This document shows, piece after piece, positions 11,763 to 24,743 of a stretch of DNA of 64,000 nt. The notes under the pieces are model-generated. The model ran no database searches. It was given only the letters and a program-made list of their open reading frames with translations, and was not told where the DNA came from. Position 1 is the first letter of the stretch. Every line of letters begins with the position of its first letter. Source of the stretch: Callorhinchus milii (lineage: Eukaryota); contig NW_024704742.1 of NCBI RefSeq assembly GCF_018977255.1, forward strand, positions 61,568,001-61,632,000, read 5' to 3'. A program made the translations under genes and the position numbers.

Positions 11763-13204
11763 ATAAGTTAAATGTTGGGTCATTAAGTCTCATTGTAATG
11801 GCAACAACCTTATTGATGGCTAGTCATATGGATAAATGTCATAGTGTTTTGCATTTGACTGTTAGTCTGGAGGTAGAGATTTGTATGGTAGACTCTGAGT
11901 CTTTTGTCTCATAAAATGGTAGGACAAGCAAGCCTCCATGACCAAGCCTGCCATTATCCGGGGCTCTGCGACACTATCCTGTGTGAGTGGCACAACACAA
12001 ATGCATGTTCTTGTTGTTATTTTTCCTTATCAAGTTTCAGATCAGAAATTTTCCCACTAGGATAACAGGAAATATACTAAGTCGGGGTTTTGTTGGACAC
12101 ATCTGGACAGTTCTTATAAATTGTTTTCGATGTATTCTGCTGCAGGGGACTGGTACATGATGTGGGATTATTTGAATTTCTTTTTGCTTCTAACATAGAT
12201 ACAGGGTTACAGTTCCATGGTGCTGAGCACCCTTTAGTACCTTGCCCAAATTGCCACAGCTTTATGCTTTTTAATTGTGAGGTCCCACATAGCCAAATCT
12301 AAATCTATTTTTTACCTGACACCTGCATGTACATATCACTAACACCTAGCGATTAGGCATGGGAATAGAAATTGTTTCTCCCCGCCTCAATCCAGAACAT
12401 GGAGGCCAAATGCATCCATTTTAATATATTTCATTTAAAAATTCTCACTTTTAAATACTAGATTATTAAGATTCATACATTGGGCTTTGGCTGAGAGGAA
12501 CAAGTGAGTGACAGCAGAAGTCTCTATGGGCTCTGTATCAGTCAGTGAAAGGGAATGAAGTATGACCTGAGGTGACATCTATGCTGATGTCTCTCATTCC
12601 TTTTGCTAAACAATTTACATCTATGCAGTATTATGCCCGATGACTTGCTGGAACTTCATAACTCAAAGTCAGGAAGGAAAGTTTAAGTATGAATATTAAC
12701 ATGTCCTCCCAACGTGAAAGGCGCTATACAAATGTAATTTTGTTGTTGTTATAGGCTGGGTTTTGAATGCATGTCTACATCCCTCTGCAGCATATCAATA
12801 CAATACAATGCAAATTTACATTTATATAACCTTTTTCATGTCGGGAGGACACCCCAAGGCGCTTATTAATCTGGATTTGGGACCTCAATTGGGGTGGAAG
12901 CTGAGGGGACTGGGGAAGAGAAAGATGACCAAAAGTACTGGCTATACAGGTAGGGACATACATGAAGATAAATTTATGGATTAGCACACAAATCCATAGT
13001 TTCACTGGGCCATGTTTATGTATGTATTTCATATGGAGTACAACTAAAAGTACAACGTTTAAACCCTGATGTGATACAGGATATTTATACAATCACATTA
13101 GCTATACAGCATGGAAACAGGTTATTCAGCATAACTAGTCTGTGTCGGTGTTTAAACTCCACAGAGACTCCACCCCTTTTAATTTTCTCTCCCAGCTCTT
13201 ACAT

Positions 13205-13720
13205 ACGCAGAAACTCAGCACCATACTTAAGGGTATCCAAATGAAACTTGAGAGATGCATGCATCCCACCTATACATGGAAATTCCAGAGATATTTATTG
13301 GAATGGAATGTACACTCTGTCCCTGGATGGACACATCCTGCTTACCTAATTTTGGGGAGTATGAGGTGCAGGTTGGCAAGAGCGTATGTTGAGGTATTGC
13401 TGGAATTTAATGAGCTAAAACTACATGGCTTGCGATTGAAAGCACTGTCTGGCATGTTTATCCCACTGCTTGTCCAGCATTAGGGCATTGGCTTGCGGGG
13501 TTCAAGGGAGCTGACTGGAAAGAGTTTCTACCCCCAGTGGCAGGTCTGCCCTTACAACTCCTGCCGATGAGTGGGCTGGTTGAGCTGTCAGCAGCAGTGC
13601 CATCCATGTACTGCAAGTACCACGGACATGCCTGGCTCAGGAACTGGACTACCAAGACTATCACAGTGGGTTGGCTTGATTCTGACATTCCTTTCCCAAA
13701 CATGACACCGGGGAGCCCAT
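13205..13720 (-). mobile_element. Unclassified interspersed repeat, copy 1
   Basis: Reverse complement aligns to 37630-38000 and 59595-60070 (e.g. ctggacaagcagtggga, cattccattccaa, taggtgggatgcatg). Confidence 0.7.
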
Positions 13721-14207
13721 TTAGCTCCATAGAGACCCCACTTACCTCCATTTCTCCTTCATGTATTCGCTATTCTTATTTTTTGCTTATATTTAAAATT
13801 AAAATAACCCTAAGTTATTTTGATAAATATGACCTTTGTATAAATTAAGGAGTTAAATTATAATTGCTATTGAATAATAAGTTCTGAGCAAATTATATTG
13901 AGAAATGAAGATAGATTCAGCAGGAATTCTTGGGGGAAAGCATACTGCACTTTCTTGGTGATTTGAAAATAACAAATGGAACAATAAATATACAAAAGGA
14001 TCTGTTGGCCCAAAGGCGGTGTGTGATATGGCTACATAATAGCTAACAATCCAGATTTATGATATGACTCATGTCATTCTCATATAGCAAGTTCAGTGTT
14101 ATGCATTCTCTTTGTATTTTGCTTTCTCCTTTGGTTAGTGTGATGTCAGCTTGGCTTGTTCAATTATCTATGTAGATGTAAATCGCAGAGTCGTGTATTG
14201 TAGTGGT

Positions 14208-14790
14208 TAACAACAACAACAAAATTACATTTGTATAGCGCCTTTCACATTGGGAGGGCATCCCAAAGCACTGGACAGTCAGTGTTTTGGACCCGAGCTG
14301 GGGGTCACGATTGGGGAGGCTGGAGGGAGGAGGGGTATCAGGGAAATCCAAAGCACGGTCGAAGAGAAGGATCTTGAGATGGATCTTGAAATAGGCAAGG
14401 GAGGGGGGCGTTATGAAGGGACTGCGAGATGGCATTCCAGAGGGTGGGAGCAAAGTGGCAGAAGGCGTGCCTGCCAATGGTGGAGCGTGAGAGGCGGGGG
14501 ATGTGAAGCAGGTCAGAGCCCGCTGAGCAGAGGGAGCGGGCACAATGGTAGGGGTTAGGAGGTCACAGAGGTAGGCAGGAGCAAGACCATGGAGGGCTTT
14601 GAATGTGAGGACCAGGATCTTGAACTGTATCCTCTGTGTGATGGGAAGCCAGTGGAGTCGGGCGAGCATGGGGTGATAGGGTCATGGAGCCTAGTGTGGG
14701 AGAGAACACGGGCTGCTGAGTTCTGGATGATCTGCAGCCTATGGAGAAAGAAATTGGGGAGGCCGAGAAGCAAGGAGTTTTCACAGTAAA
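14208..14790 (-). mobile_element. L2 LINE 3' fragment
   Basis: Minus ORFs LQIIQNSAARVL and LARLHWLPITQRIQFKILVLTFKALHGLAPAYL; (caa)n tail at the left. Confidence 0.9.
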
Positions 14791-14899
14791 GCTTTAACCT
14801 GCTCGCCTCCCATTCGCCAAGTTTCTATCCATCTCCCTCTCACACCTCAATCCATTCCCTGACTTTACAAGTCTCTATCCATCTGCCTCTCGCACAAAA

Positions 14900-15270
14900 T
14901 GGAGTCCCACAGTGTATTGGTTAGCACACTCGCCCCACAAGTGAGAGGACCTGGGTTTGATTCCCGGGCAAGGCAATATCTTAGGCAAGTTTCCTTACTC
15001 TACAGACACGTCTCTGTTTACCTAGCAGTAAGTAAGGACCTGCTTGTTAGTTGATTGAAGGATTGTTTTCTGGGGGTAATAATCATTTAAAAATAAAAAA
15101 AAATGATCACTCCATCCACCACTGTATGTGGGACACTGCTGTGTGCAATTGACTACCGGATTTCACCCAAAAATACACAGTCATTCCACTTTACAAAATA
15201 TTCTGTGAAGCACTTCGAGACATCTCAATGATGTGATAGGACACTATATCAAATGTAAGGATTATGATTA
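14900..15270 (+). mobile_element. SINE family B (tRNA-Ala-like head, L2-type tail)
   Basis: Head ggagtcc...ggttagcacactcgcc...gggtttgattccc; core ctctgtttacctagcagtaagta; tail tatcaaatgtaaggattatg. Confidence 0.8.
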
Positions 15271-15277
15271 TGATGTC

Positions 15278-15715
15278 AGCATAGCTCAACTAGTAGCTTC
15301 TAGATATACCCCCAGATATTTGCTTCTGAGTCAGAAGGCAGTGCGTTCAAGCTCCACATGAGGAATTGGAACCAATATAGTCATGCTGACAGTGCCAACG
15401 CACTGCTTGGCGTGTGAAGCATTTTGGAGGTGCCATCTTTCGGATGAGACATTAAACCAAAGTCCTGTCTGCTTGTCCAGGTAGACGCTAAAGATCCCAT
15501 GAAACTATTTTAAACGAGAAGGAAGTTTCTCCTGATGTCCTGGTCAACAATGCCTCAAATAAAATTGGTCACTCACTCCATAGCTGTTTGTGGGACATTG
15601 CTGTGGACTAATTGGCTGTCACATTCACCCACAAATTGCACACAGTGACATCACTTTACAGTATATCTTATGAAGCACTTTGAGATGAAAAGGTACAATA
15701 TTAAATGCAAGGATT
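15278..15715 (+). mobile_element. SINE family A (Deu-like)
   Basis: ctgagtcagaagg; ggaggtgccatctttcggatgagacattaaacc; aaagatcccatg; tail aaatgcaaggatt. Confidence 0.78.
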
Positions 15716-16042
15716 TTAGGATAAATGTGAGCAAGTTAACCATAGGAATAAATGCTATTAGGTGATTTAGTTATGTGTGTTTTTTTAAAAGCAATTTCTT
15801 ACAATGACAATAACACACATTTATATAGTACCCTTCACATGGGATAACATCTCAGACTGCTGTATTAAATACATTTGGAGTGTCAGCCTACATTATGAGC
15901 TCAAACCTAACATGGACTCAGACCTTCTGACTAAGTGTTGAAATTGTTACCAACTGAGACAGATTGACACCTGTACTCAAAAAGTGGATTATTGTTCACC
16001 ACAAAAAAGGTGGACTAGATTGAGATGGTTAAATATAGGTGA

Positions 16043-18740
16043 ACAGCAACAACTTGCACTTATATAGCGCCCTTCATGCAGGGTAGCACCTCAGAGCACT
16101 TAAGAGTGGCGGAGCCTGACTCCAAGCCGGGGGGAGGGGGAGGTGACCATAAGCATGGTCGAACAGGAAAGTATTCAGGTGAGACTTCAAAGAGGGGGGA
16201 GAGGGGCCAAGGCAGAGGGACTGAAGCAGTGTTCCAGAGTTTTGGGGCATAGTGGCTGAAAGCACGGCCTCCAATGGTGGGGCGGAGGGTGTGAGGGATG
16301 AGCAGGAGGCTGGTGCCAGTCGAGCGAGGGCACCAAGTGGTGGATTGGAGAGTGAGCAGTTCGGAGAGCTAGGAGGTGCCAGAGAGTAAACGGATTTTAA
16401 CACAAGAGTGAGGATCTTGAAGTTGATCCGTTCGGTGATGGGGAGCCAGTGGAGCCTGGCCTGAACAAGTGAGATGTGGGTATGGAGTTCAGTCCGGATC
16501 AGTATGAGTTTTTAATGAGCTGGATCTTCTGAATGGTGGAACTGGGGAGACCAGCGAGAAGTGTTTTGGAGTAATGCAAGCGGGTGGTGACAAACGCATG
16601 CACTAGGGTTTCAGCTGCATTTGGGGTAAGGTACGGTTGGAGGCAGGCAATGTGGCAGAGGTGGAAGAAAGTGGTCCTGGTCAGGGACTGGATGTGGGGG
16701 AGGAAGGAGAGTTGGGGGTTGACCTGGATGCCTAGGTTGCACACTGGTTTGGTGAGTCTGAGGGAGAGCTCAAGAAGGTTGAGGAGTTTAGATCCGTAGG
16801 AGTGAAGAAATTGCCTGGAGCCAAGGAGTGTGGCTTCCATCTTGTCCATATTCAGCTGCAGGAAGTTTACACTCATCCAGGCCTTGATTTGATGTTTGCC
16901 AGGCAAGCTGATAGAACATTGGTGGCCCTGGAGTTGGTACTGGAGGAGGCAAAGTAGATTTGTATATCATCCACATACATGTGGAAGTTTACCCCATATC
17001 TAGAGGGAGCATATAGATAAGGAACAGAAGGGGGCCAAGGATGGAGCCCTGGGGTACCCTGCAGGTGACCGGGCGGGGGCTGGAGGAGAAACCATTTGCT
17101 GAGGTGAAATGAAGGCGGTTGGCTAAGTAGGACTCGAACCATGCAAGCGTTGTCCCACTAAGATAGATGATGGAGGAGAGCCAACGGAGAAGATGGTGTG
17201 GTCAACTGTGTCGAATGTGGCAGAGAGATCCAGGAGGACAAGAAGGTAGAGGGAGCCCTGGTCACAGATAGAGAAGACGTCATTTGTGACTTTGACAAGC
17301 GCTATCTCTGTGCTGCGGGCAGGGCAAAAACCAGACTGCAGCAGCTCGAGGAGGAAGTGGAGGGAGAGGTGTGACCGAAGTTGACCTGCAACAATGTGTT
17401 CCATGACATTGGCAAGGAAGGGTAGGTTGGAGATGGGATGGTAGTGTGAGAGATTAGAGGGATCGAGGGTTTTAATTTTTGAGGAGGGATGCGATAACAG
17501 TAGTTTTCAGGGGGAGTGGAACAGAGCCTGAGGAGACAGACTGGTTGACCGTGTCAGCCATCAGGGGGGAGAGAAGGGGGAGTTGAGTGACCAGCAGCTG
17601 GCTTGGGAGGGGGTCAAGGTAGCAAGTGGTGAACCTGATCTGGGTGATTGTGGTTGAGAGGAAGGAGGGAGAAATGGGGGCAAAGGATTGTAAAGATAGG
17701 GTAGTGGCAGGTGCTGTGGCGGAGGGAGAAGGCTTTGTGGATGGTCTTGGTGGGATGGAAGGGGATATGGTGGGAGAGGACGATGCAGCCAAGTGAATGT
17801 TTTCAATTTTTGAGGCAAAGAAGTCTAAGACCTCTTTGCACTTGGTGTTTGACGTGAGGATTGAGACAGTGGGGGCTTGAGGGGGTGCATGGAGGAGGTG
17901 ATGGACGATGGAAAGCAGAGTCTTTGCATTGTTGTTTGCCTCCAGGATGACTTTGGAGTAAAAGTCAGTTTTGCCCTGTGAAAGGGAGAGGTGTTTGATG
18001 TGGAGCCACAGTTGGCGGTGAATCGTGAGGCCGAATTTCTGTCATCTGCGCTCGAGCATCTGGGTTTGTGTTTTGAGTGAGCGGAGATGACTGTTGTACC
18101 AAAGGGAGAGGGTAGGTTTGGAAACAACCCTGGATTTCAGAGGAGACAGGGAATTAAATTTTGTAGAGAGATGGTCATTGAGCAGCTTGATGGCTGCATC
18201 AGAATCACTGCGGGAGGAGGTCCGAGGAAGAGAAGGCATTTGTGAGGAACTCAGGGGAAAGCTTTTTCCAGGGGTGGAAAAAAATGATGGAGGGTTTCGA
18301 AGAGGGGAGGACAATGTGGGAAGAGAGGAAGAGAGGAAGTGGTCTGAGATGGCCTTGTCCGTGATTGACAGGTTGGAAATGTCAAGGCCATGTGTGATGA
18401 CGAGGATGAGCGAGTGGCCAAAGTCGATGTGGAGAGTGAGGTTTAGGGAGGAGAGGAGGGCAGTGAAATCTGAGGAGGTTTAGGTGGAGGTTGAAATAAT
18501 AGCAATAATAATAATAATCTTTGCATTTGATATAGCGCTTTTCACGTCTTTGAGACGTCTCACAGCACTTCACAGAATATACTGTAAAGTGACTTGACTG
18601 TATATGAAATCACCGATCATGCAGGGGGAGAGGGATGAGAGGAGAGAGGAGATATCAGTGAGGAAGGAGCCAGCAGGTTTGGTGGGCAGAAGTCTGCGTC
18701 CCCAAACAGAACAGGAATGGCAGAGGTGTGGGCAATAGCT
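16043..18740 (-). mobile_element. Degenerate L2 LINE ORF2 (endonuclease to 3' end)
   Basis: Minus-strand remnants GDFNLH (split by an insertion), QSGFCPARSTEIALVKVTND, LLVLLDLSATFDTVDH, MYVDDIQIY, FLQLNMDKMEA; (caa) tail at 16045. Confidence 0.9.
18498..18604 (-). mobile_element. 5'-truncated SINE tail inserted in the L2
   Basis: (aat)n ctttgcatttgatatagcgcttttcacgtc...gactgtata, flanked by a TGAAAT duplication. Confidence 0.8.
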
Positions 18741-20778
18741 TGATAGTTTGATTATGTATGTGAATGAAACTGGTGTATGGCAAAGGGATTGAGAAAAAAA
18801 ATAAAGACTCCAATTGAAAAGTAATACCACTATTACAAAACGAATTTTCTCCCAGTGTCTTGGCCAACAATCCCCCAAATAAAATTGGTCATTCCCTTCA
18901 TGTGGGGCATTGCTTTGCACAAATTGGCCTCTGCGTTCTGCTGCAAAAATACAGTTATAACACTTTACAGCAATTCCTGTGAACTGCTTTGAGATATTCT
19001 GTCAATGTGAAAGAATGGCATCAATTGCAAAGATTTTTTAAAAAAAATTTGATATAGAGTTTGTGCCTTTGCAAATCACTAAAACAGGCTGTTCAGGTGG
19101 CCGCAATGGTTATTTTTCATTCTACTCTTTCTTTTGTTTCAAGAGTTTCATAACAAAACCCTGAGAGACAACATCCATAAAAGTATTAAGTGCAAGTTAC
19201 ATAACGCTATGTAGTTAAAATAAATGTGTTTACCTTGTACAGATCTCCAGTGCTAACACTTAACAAAGCTGTTGAATTACAGATTTTGTGGAGTGGAACT
19301 TTAGACCTATGTAAAGCATTTTGGGGACAATCTTATTGATATGAGTAAATTAACTGATTGATTGTTCTGAGTAAGAGCATTGGTGTTTGGATAGAAATAA
19401 TCCTTTGGTCAATATTCTATGGGTCTGACGCTTCCAACTGTATGTTTCTTCTACAGTGTCAAAACTGCCAAGGTGCCAGTTATAATGATGAATCAACACC
19501 AGCAACTTGTTGTATATGTGTGCCTTTCACAGAAAAGGATGCCTCAAAGCATTTTGAGAAATAAAATAGTGGACTGAGAAAGCAAAAAAAAATGTAAAGA
19601 TGTTGATCAAAGGCACAGTTGAAGAGATGTGGTTTTTTGGAGGATTTTTGAGGCAGGAAGGAAGATAAGACGGCAAATTGGTTTACAACAATAACAACAA
19701 CAAAATTACATTTATAGAGCGTCTTTGATATTGGGAGGACATCCCAAAGCGCTGTGTAGGTTTAGGTAAAGAATGCCAGAGAACAAGGAAAGAATGCTAA
19801 AGGCTTTGCTACTGATGATGGAGGGAAGCAAGTGGGGTGAAAACATTAGCCGAACATCAGATACTGCAGTGGTTTGAACATAGGATTGGAGAAGATTGCC
19901 TTGGTAGGATTGGGTGAGTGCAGGGAAGAATTGGAAAACCAACATTATTTGATTGGAGGTACATAGAGCCAATGGACCTTGGGAAGAATGAGGGTAATGG
20001 GTACAGTAATGAGATCGATCAAAATTATACCCATCATGGAATGAATGCTAAGATGCTTTGACTGGCATCTGACAACTGTGAAAATTAGAACTAATCAGAT
20101 CAGATTTTAAAACCCTGCAGAAATATTCATTTGCTTCTTTGCCACAGCACAATATTTGTTTAATTGGGTTAACTACAACCATTGGTCCCTGGAGAGGAAC
20201 AAAACAAGGAATACATTTGTGGACAGATAAGGAGACAATTCTGAAGAGCTTGTTATCCAGGTGGAATAATAGATGAGTGAGCAATGAATTACCTTGGTCT
20301 GTCTAAACAGCAAAGCAGATTCAGGTTTAGCAATGAAGTTGTGGCTGAGATTTATTTTGCCCGAGGATCTTTCCAAACTCCTGATAGAGATTATACACTT
20401 GTATTGTGCGAAGCGTAATGTCAAATTGTATAGAGAAGAGCATTGAAGCTTTTATGGTCCATATTTCATGCTTCATTCCTTTTGGTAAAGGGACCAGCAA
20501 TGCAATGCGTTGGCAGGATATCAGGGAGCCCTCGGCTATATATGCATCAAGTTTCAAGAACCCTCTCAAGTGTTTATGGTTTACATCAATCACAATGCAT
20601 TCCACTCCTTGCCTGTACATTCTAAATACTTAAGAAAGGATGGAGGTATCGAGGTTGATCTAGTAATTTCTTATTGTACAACCCATCAAATACCCTGGAT
20701 GTGGCAAGTTGCAGAATCTGACAAAACACAGGAACATTTGCTTACAAAATACACGGTCATCACATGGTACATTAAATC

Positions 20779-20932
20779 AACAACAACAACAACTTGGATT
20801 TATATAGTGCCCTCCACGCCGGATGGGGTCTCAGAGCGCTTCACAGTAATGGATCCCGGGGCCGAGCCAGGGGGAGGGGGAGGAAGGTGACCAAAGGCGC
20901 GGTCGAAAAGGTCTTCAGCCGTTGTTGTTGTT
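20779..20932 (-). mobile_element. Short L2 3'-end insertion with 12-bp TSD
   Basis: Same tail type as 41700-41781; flanked by GTACATTAAATC and GTACATTCAATC. Confidence 0.8.
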
Positions 20933-21473
20933 GTACATTCAATCCTGGAATCCAGAAAATATCCTCGAACAATAACAGCAATAACTTGCATTTATATAGC
21001 GCCCCTCATGCGGGGTAGCGGCCAGAGCACTTGAAATCTCTAGTCATGAAAGGCACTGTATCAAATGGAAGAATGTTAATTGTTATTTATCGTCTTTTTA
21101 AAATTGACAAGGAATGGATTCATATGATGGGACAAGGATTTCAGCATGCTGCTTCAGGCAGTAGTATCTTGACATTGGCTTTGTGTAAAGAGCTACTGCA
21201 AACAAATCCTTTTGAAGAAAGAATTGCTGATTTATAAGTGACTGATGAACAATTTTTTTGTTATTTTCACTGTTATAAATTATTCTTTGCAATGATGCTA
21301 GTAAATTAGCTTCATATTACTATATGTGTATCTCAAAATATATGGAATAAACACATCAGACAAGAAACTTCTTTTGCCTCCAAAAGCAACTATGGTGAAA
21401 GTGATGTGCACCGACATAAAGATAATCCTTGCATCCCAAAGCACTTCACAAGATTTTAATAATAATAATAATA

Positions 21474-22525
21474 CAACAACAACAACAAGATTCCATTTAT
21501 ACACCTTTCACGTCGGGAGGACGTCCCAAGGCGCTGTACAGTTGGGTCAGGACCCGAGCAAGGGGGAAATGGTCAGGGTGAGGGGAGGGAAGGGAGGGAG
21601 CGAGGAGGGGGTAGAGAGTCGAGAGGGGAGCTGAAGGCACGGTCAAAGAGAAAGGTCTTGAGACCGGCCTTGAAGGAGGAAAGGGAGGAGGCGGCAAAGG
21701 CGCTGGGGGATAGAGTTCCAGAGCCTAGGGGCTGAGAGGCTGAAGGCCCGGCCACGAATAGTAGGGCGGTTGGGGCGGGGGATGTGGAGCAGACCGGAGC
21801 CAGAGGAACGGAGGGTACGGGCAGGTAGGTAGGGGGATAGTAAGTCGGAGAGGTAGGAGGGAGCGAGGCCGTGAATGGCCATTGTAGGTGAGGGTGAGGA
21901 TCTTGAATTTGATCCTCTGGGGGATGGGGAGCCAGTGGAGGTGAGCGAGGGTGGGAGTGATGTGGTCGCGAAGCCTGGTGCGGGACAGTACACGAGCTGC
22001 AGAGTTCTGAATGACCTGCAGCTTGTGGAGGGAGGTGCCGGGAAGGCCGGCGAGGAGAGAGTTCCCATAGTCCAGCCTTGAGGTGATGAAGGCGTGGACC
22101 AGAGTTTCAGCAGCGTGAGGGGTGAGGTAGTGCCATAGTCTGGCGACATTCCGGACGTGATGGAAGGCGGTGCCAGTTGTGGCGCGGATATGGGGGAGAA
22201 AGGACAGCTCAGGGTCGAACAGAACCCCGAGGTTCCTGACCGGCTTTGAGAGGTGGAGAGTGCAGCCTTGGATGCTGATGCTGTCAGCGCTTGAGCTGAA
22301 GAAAGTTGTCTCTCGTCCAGGACTCGATGTCGGACAGGCAGGCTGTCAGGACATCGGTGGTCGTGGAGTTGAGGGTAGAGGAGGAAAGGTAGATTTGCGT
22401 GTCATCCGCATACATGTGGAAGTTAACCCCATGTCTGCGGATGATGTCACCAAGAGGGTGAAGAGGAGGGGACCGAGGACAGAGCCTTGAGGGACACCGC
22501 ACGAGACAGTGCGGGGACCGGAGGA
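21474..22525 (-). mobile_element. L2 LINE fragment (RT to 3' end)
   Basis: Minus ORFs [49 protein letters not shown]; (caa)n tail. Confidence 0.92.
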
Positions 22526-22534
22526 AAAACCATG

Positions 22535-22860
22535 CATAATAAACCTTGCATTTCATATAGCACCATTATCACATCATTGAGATGTCTCAAAGCAATTCAC
22601 AGAATATATTGTAAAGTGAATTGACTATATTTTTGGGGCAAAATGCGGTAGCCAATTGCGTACAGCAGTGTCCCACAAACAGTCCTGGATTGAGTGATTA
22701 AGTTATCATTATTATTTTTTTGAAGGGATTATTACCCCCGTAAAACAATCTGCCAATCTACGAACAACCGGTACCTACTTACTGCTAGGTAAACAGAGGA
22801 GTGGGGAATAAGGAAACTTGCCTAAGGTTTCGCCCCATCCAGGAATCAAGCTCGAGGGCT
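22535..22860 (-). mobile_element. SINE family B
   Basis: cctacttactgctaggtaaacagagg core and ccttgcatttcatatagc tail in reverse orientation. Confidence 0.8.
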
Positions 22861-24299
22861 CTAACGAATAAACTTCAGGACTTTCCAGTGAAGTGTAAGG
22901 TCTATGCATTTCTAGGTGTGAGGTGTGGGTAAAGGACAAAGCAGTGGTACTAACAGATGTTGTCTATTAGGGACACCTTGAAGAAATCTGCATGGAAGGG
23001 TTCATGACTTCATTCCTATGTTTCTCTAAATGTAGTTCAAGGGTTCAATATTACAATCTTATATTTCTCTGAATATAGTAGTCTTTAAGTTAGATGTCTC
23101 CTAATTTTTTTATACCCATCATCCTGTCCTTGATTCCTCAAATCGTTGTTTCCTTGTAAATTACAGTTTCACAATACAGCTGTTCAGCTGGCTGCAATCC
23201 AGTCTACAGGGCAATCCTATTCTCTGACAAGCTTTCTCTGATAAATGACCAAAGTCCTTCTCTGAGTTATCAAAGCCCTTGTTTTCAATCTGAGTTTCCA
23301 GTGCACCTCACTCCATGGGTCACAGTCTTCTGTTTGAACGGTTCTCTGGGGGACTGGTTTGCAACCAACTGCAGGAGATTCCACCAATATAAATCAGGAA
23401 GCTACAATTTATGCTAGTGATAGTGAGTTTTAATGTGTCCAAGAAATTCTGAATGTAGTCAGAACACAATAATAACATTAAAAATACATGATTCATTCTC
23501 CACATTGACCAATCTCTGTGTCCTCACAGATAAAAACAATTTAATGCTGTTAAATTATAAATAATGCTTTACCTGGAAGCTTTTGGAAAGAAAAAATTGA
23601 AGGATATTTCCCTACATTTCCCTGCAATCGTTTTACTTGTTAAGATGTTTATAAGTGTTCTTCCACATTTTTCAGTGGTAGACATGGCATTTAACAGATC
23701 AACGATGATAAGCACCTTATCAGCTCAAATGTTTTACAGTAATCCAGTAATCACTGTCAAGTGTAATTAGTGGGGCTTTTGTTGGCAAATGCAGCAGCCA
23801 TTTAGCCCATAGTAAGACCTTATCAACAGCCATGAGATGATTCATCATAGATCATAGAAGGCTCAGAAACAGGCCATTTGGCCCATCCAATCTGGCTGGT
23901 ATTTACAGTCACACAAGTGCCTATCCTAGATTCTATCCCTAGTCCCATATCCGGCCTTTTCACCATATTCTTCAACTTTATTCTACCTCAACCATGTGTC
24001 CATTCTTTTTTGAATGTGCACAGCCCAACAACTGACTGGAGAATTGTTGACCATGATTTTGTAAGAAACTTCTTTCTATTTTTGAATAGTCTCATAGGAT
24101 CTTTAACATCCAAAACACAACCTTGTATTTATTTTGTGTGCTTGATGTGGATAGCATCATGGAGTTTACAGCCACTTGAACAATAATCAAGTGAGGCCTC
24201 AGTTTAATGTCTCACCTGAAGAACAGCATTTCCAATAGTCTGAGTTTGTGACTATATGATTGTATATCCAGTGCCTAAAATCCAACTTGATTGGCTTGC

Positions 24300-24665
24300 A
24301 ACAACAACAACAACAACAATTAGATTTGTATAACGCCTTTCAAATCGGGAGGACGTCTCAAGGAGCTGGATAGTCAGGGATTTGGACCCGAGTGGGGGGG
24401 GGAGGGGTTTGATATCAGGGTGAGTGGTGGAGAGCAGGAAGAATAGGAGGAGTAGGAGAGTGGATGAATACGCAATCGAAGAGGAGGGTCTTGAGATGTG
24501 CTTTGAAGGAGGCAAGTGTGGGAGCAAGACAAAGGGACTGTGGGATGGAGTTCCAAAGGTTGGGGGCAGAGAGGCTGAAGGTCTGACCACTGACGGTGGG
24601 GTGCACCGTTGGGGGACATGGAGCAGCCCGGTGTCTGCTAAGCAGAGGGAGCGGACAGGTCGATA
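24300..24665 (-). mobile_element. L2 LINE 3' fragment
   Basis: FSLSAPNLWNSIP...FKAHLKTLLF; (caa)n tail. Confidence 0.85.
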
Positions 24666-24678
24666 TAGAGTTCGACCT

Positions 24679-24743
24679 GCTACATGCTTAAAGTATTTAC
24701 CAGCTACATGCTTAAAGTATTTACCAGCTACATGCTTAAAGTA
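24679..24743 (+). repeat. 24-bp tandem repeat, 2.7 perfect copies
   Basis: GCTACATGCTTAAAGTATTTACCA at 24679 and 24703, partial at 24727. Confidence 0.95.

Noticed and set aside
8641..13225. RE1/NRSE-like sequences (8641, ~8920, 12213-12227, ~13215)
   Set aside because: Only half-sites or wrong spacing; none matches the full 21-bp consensus.
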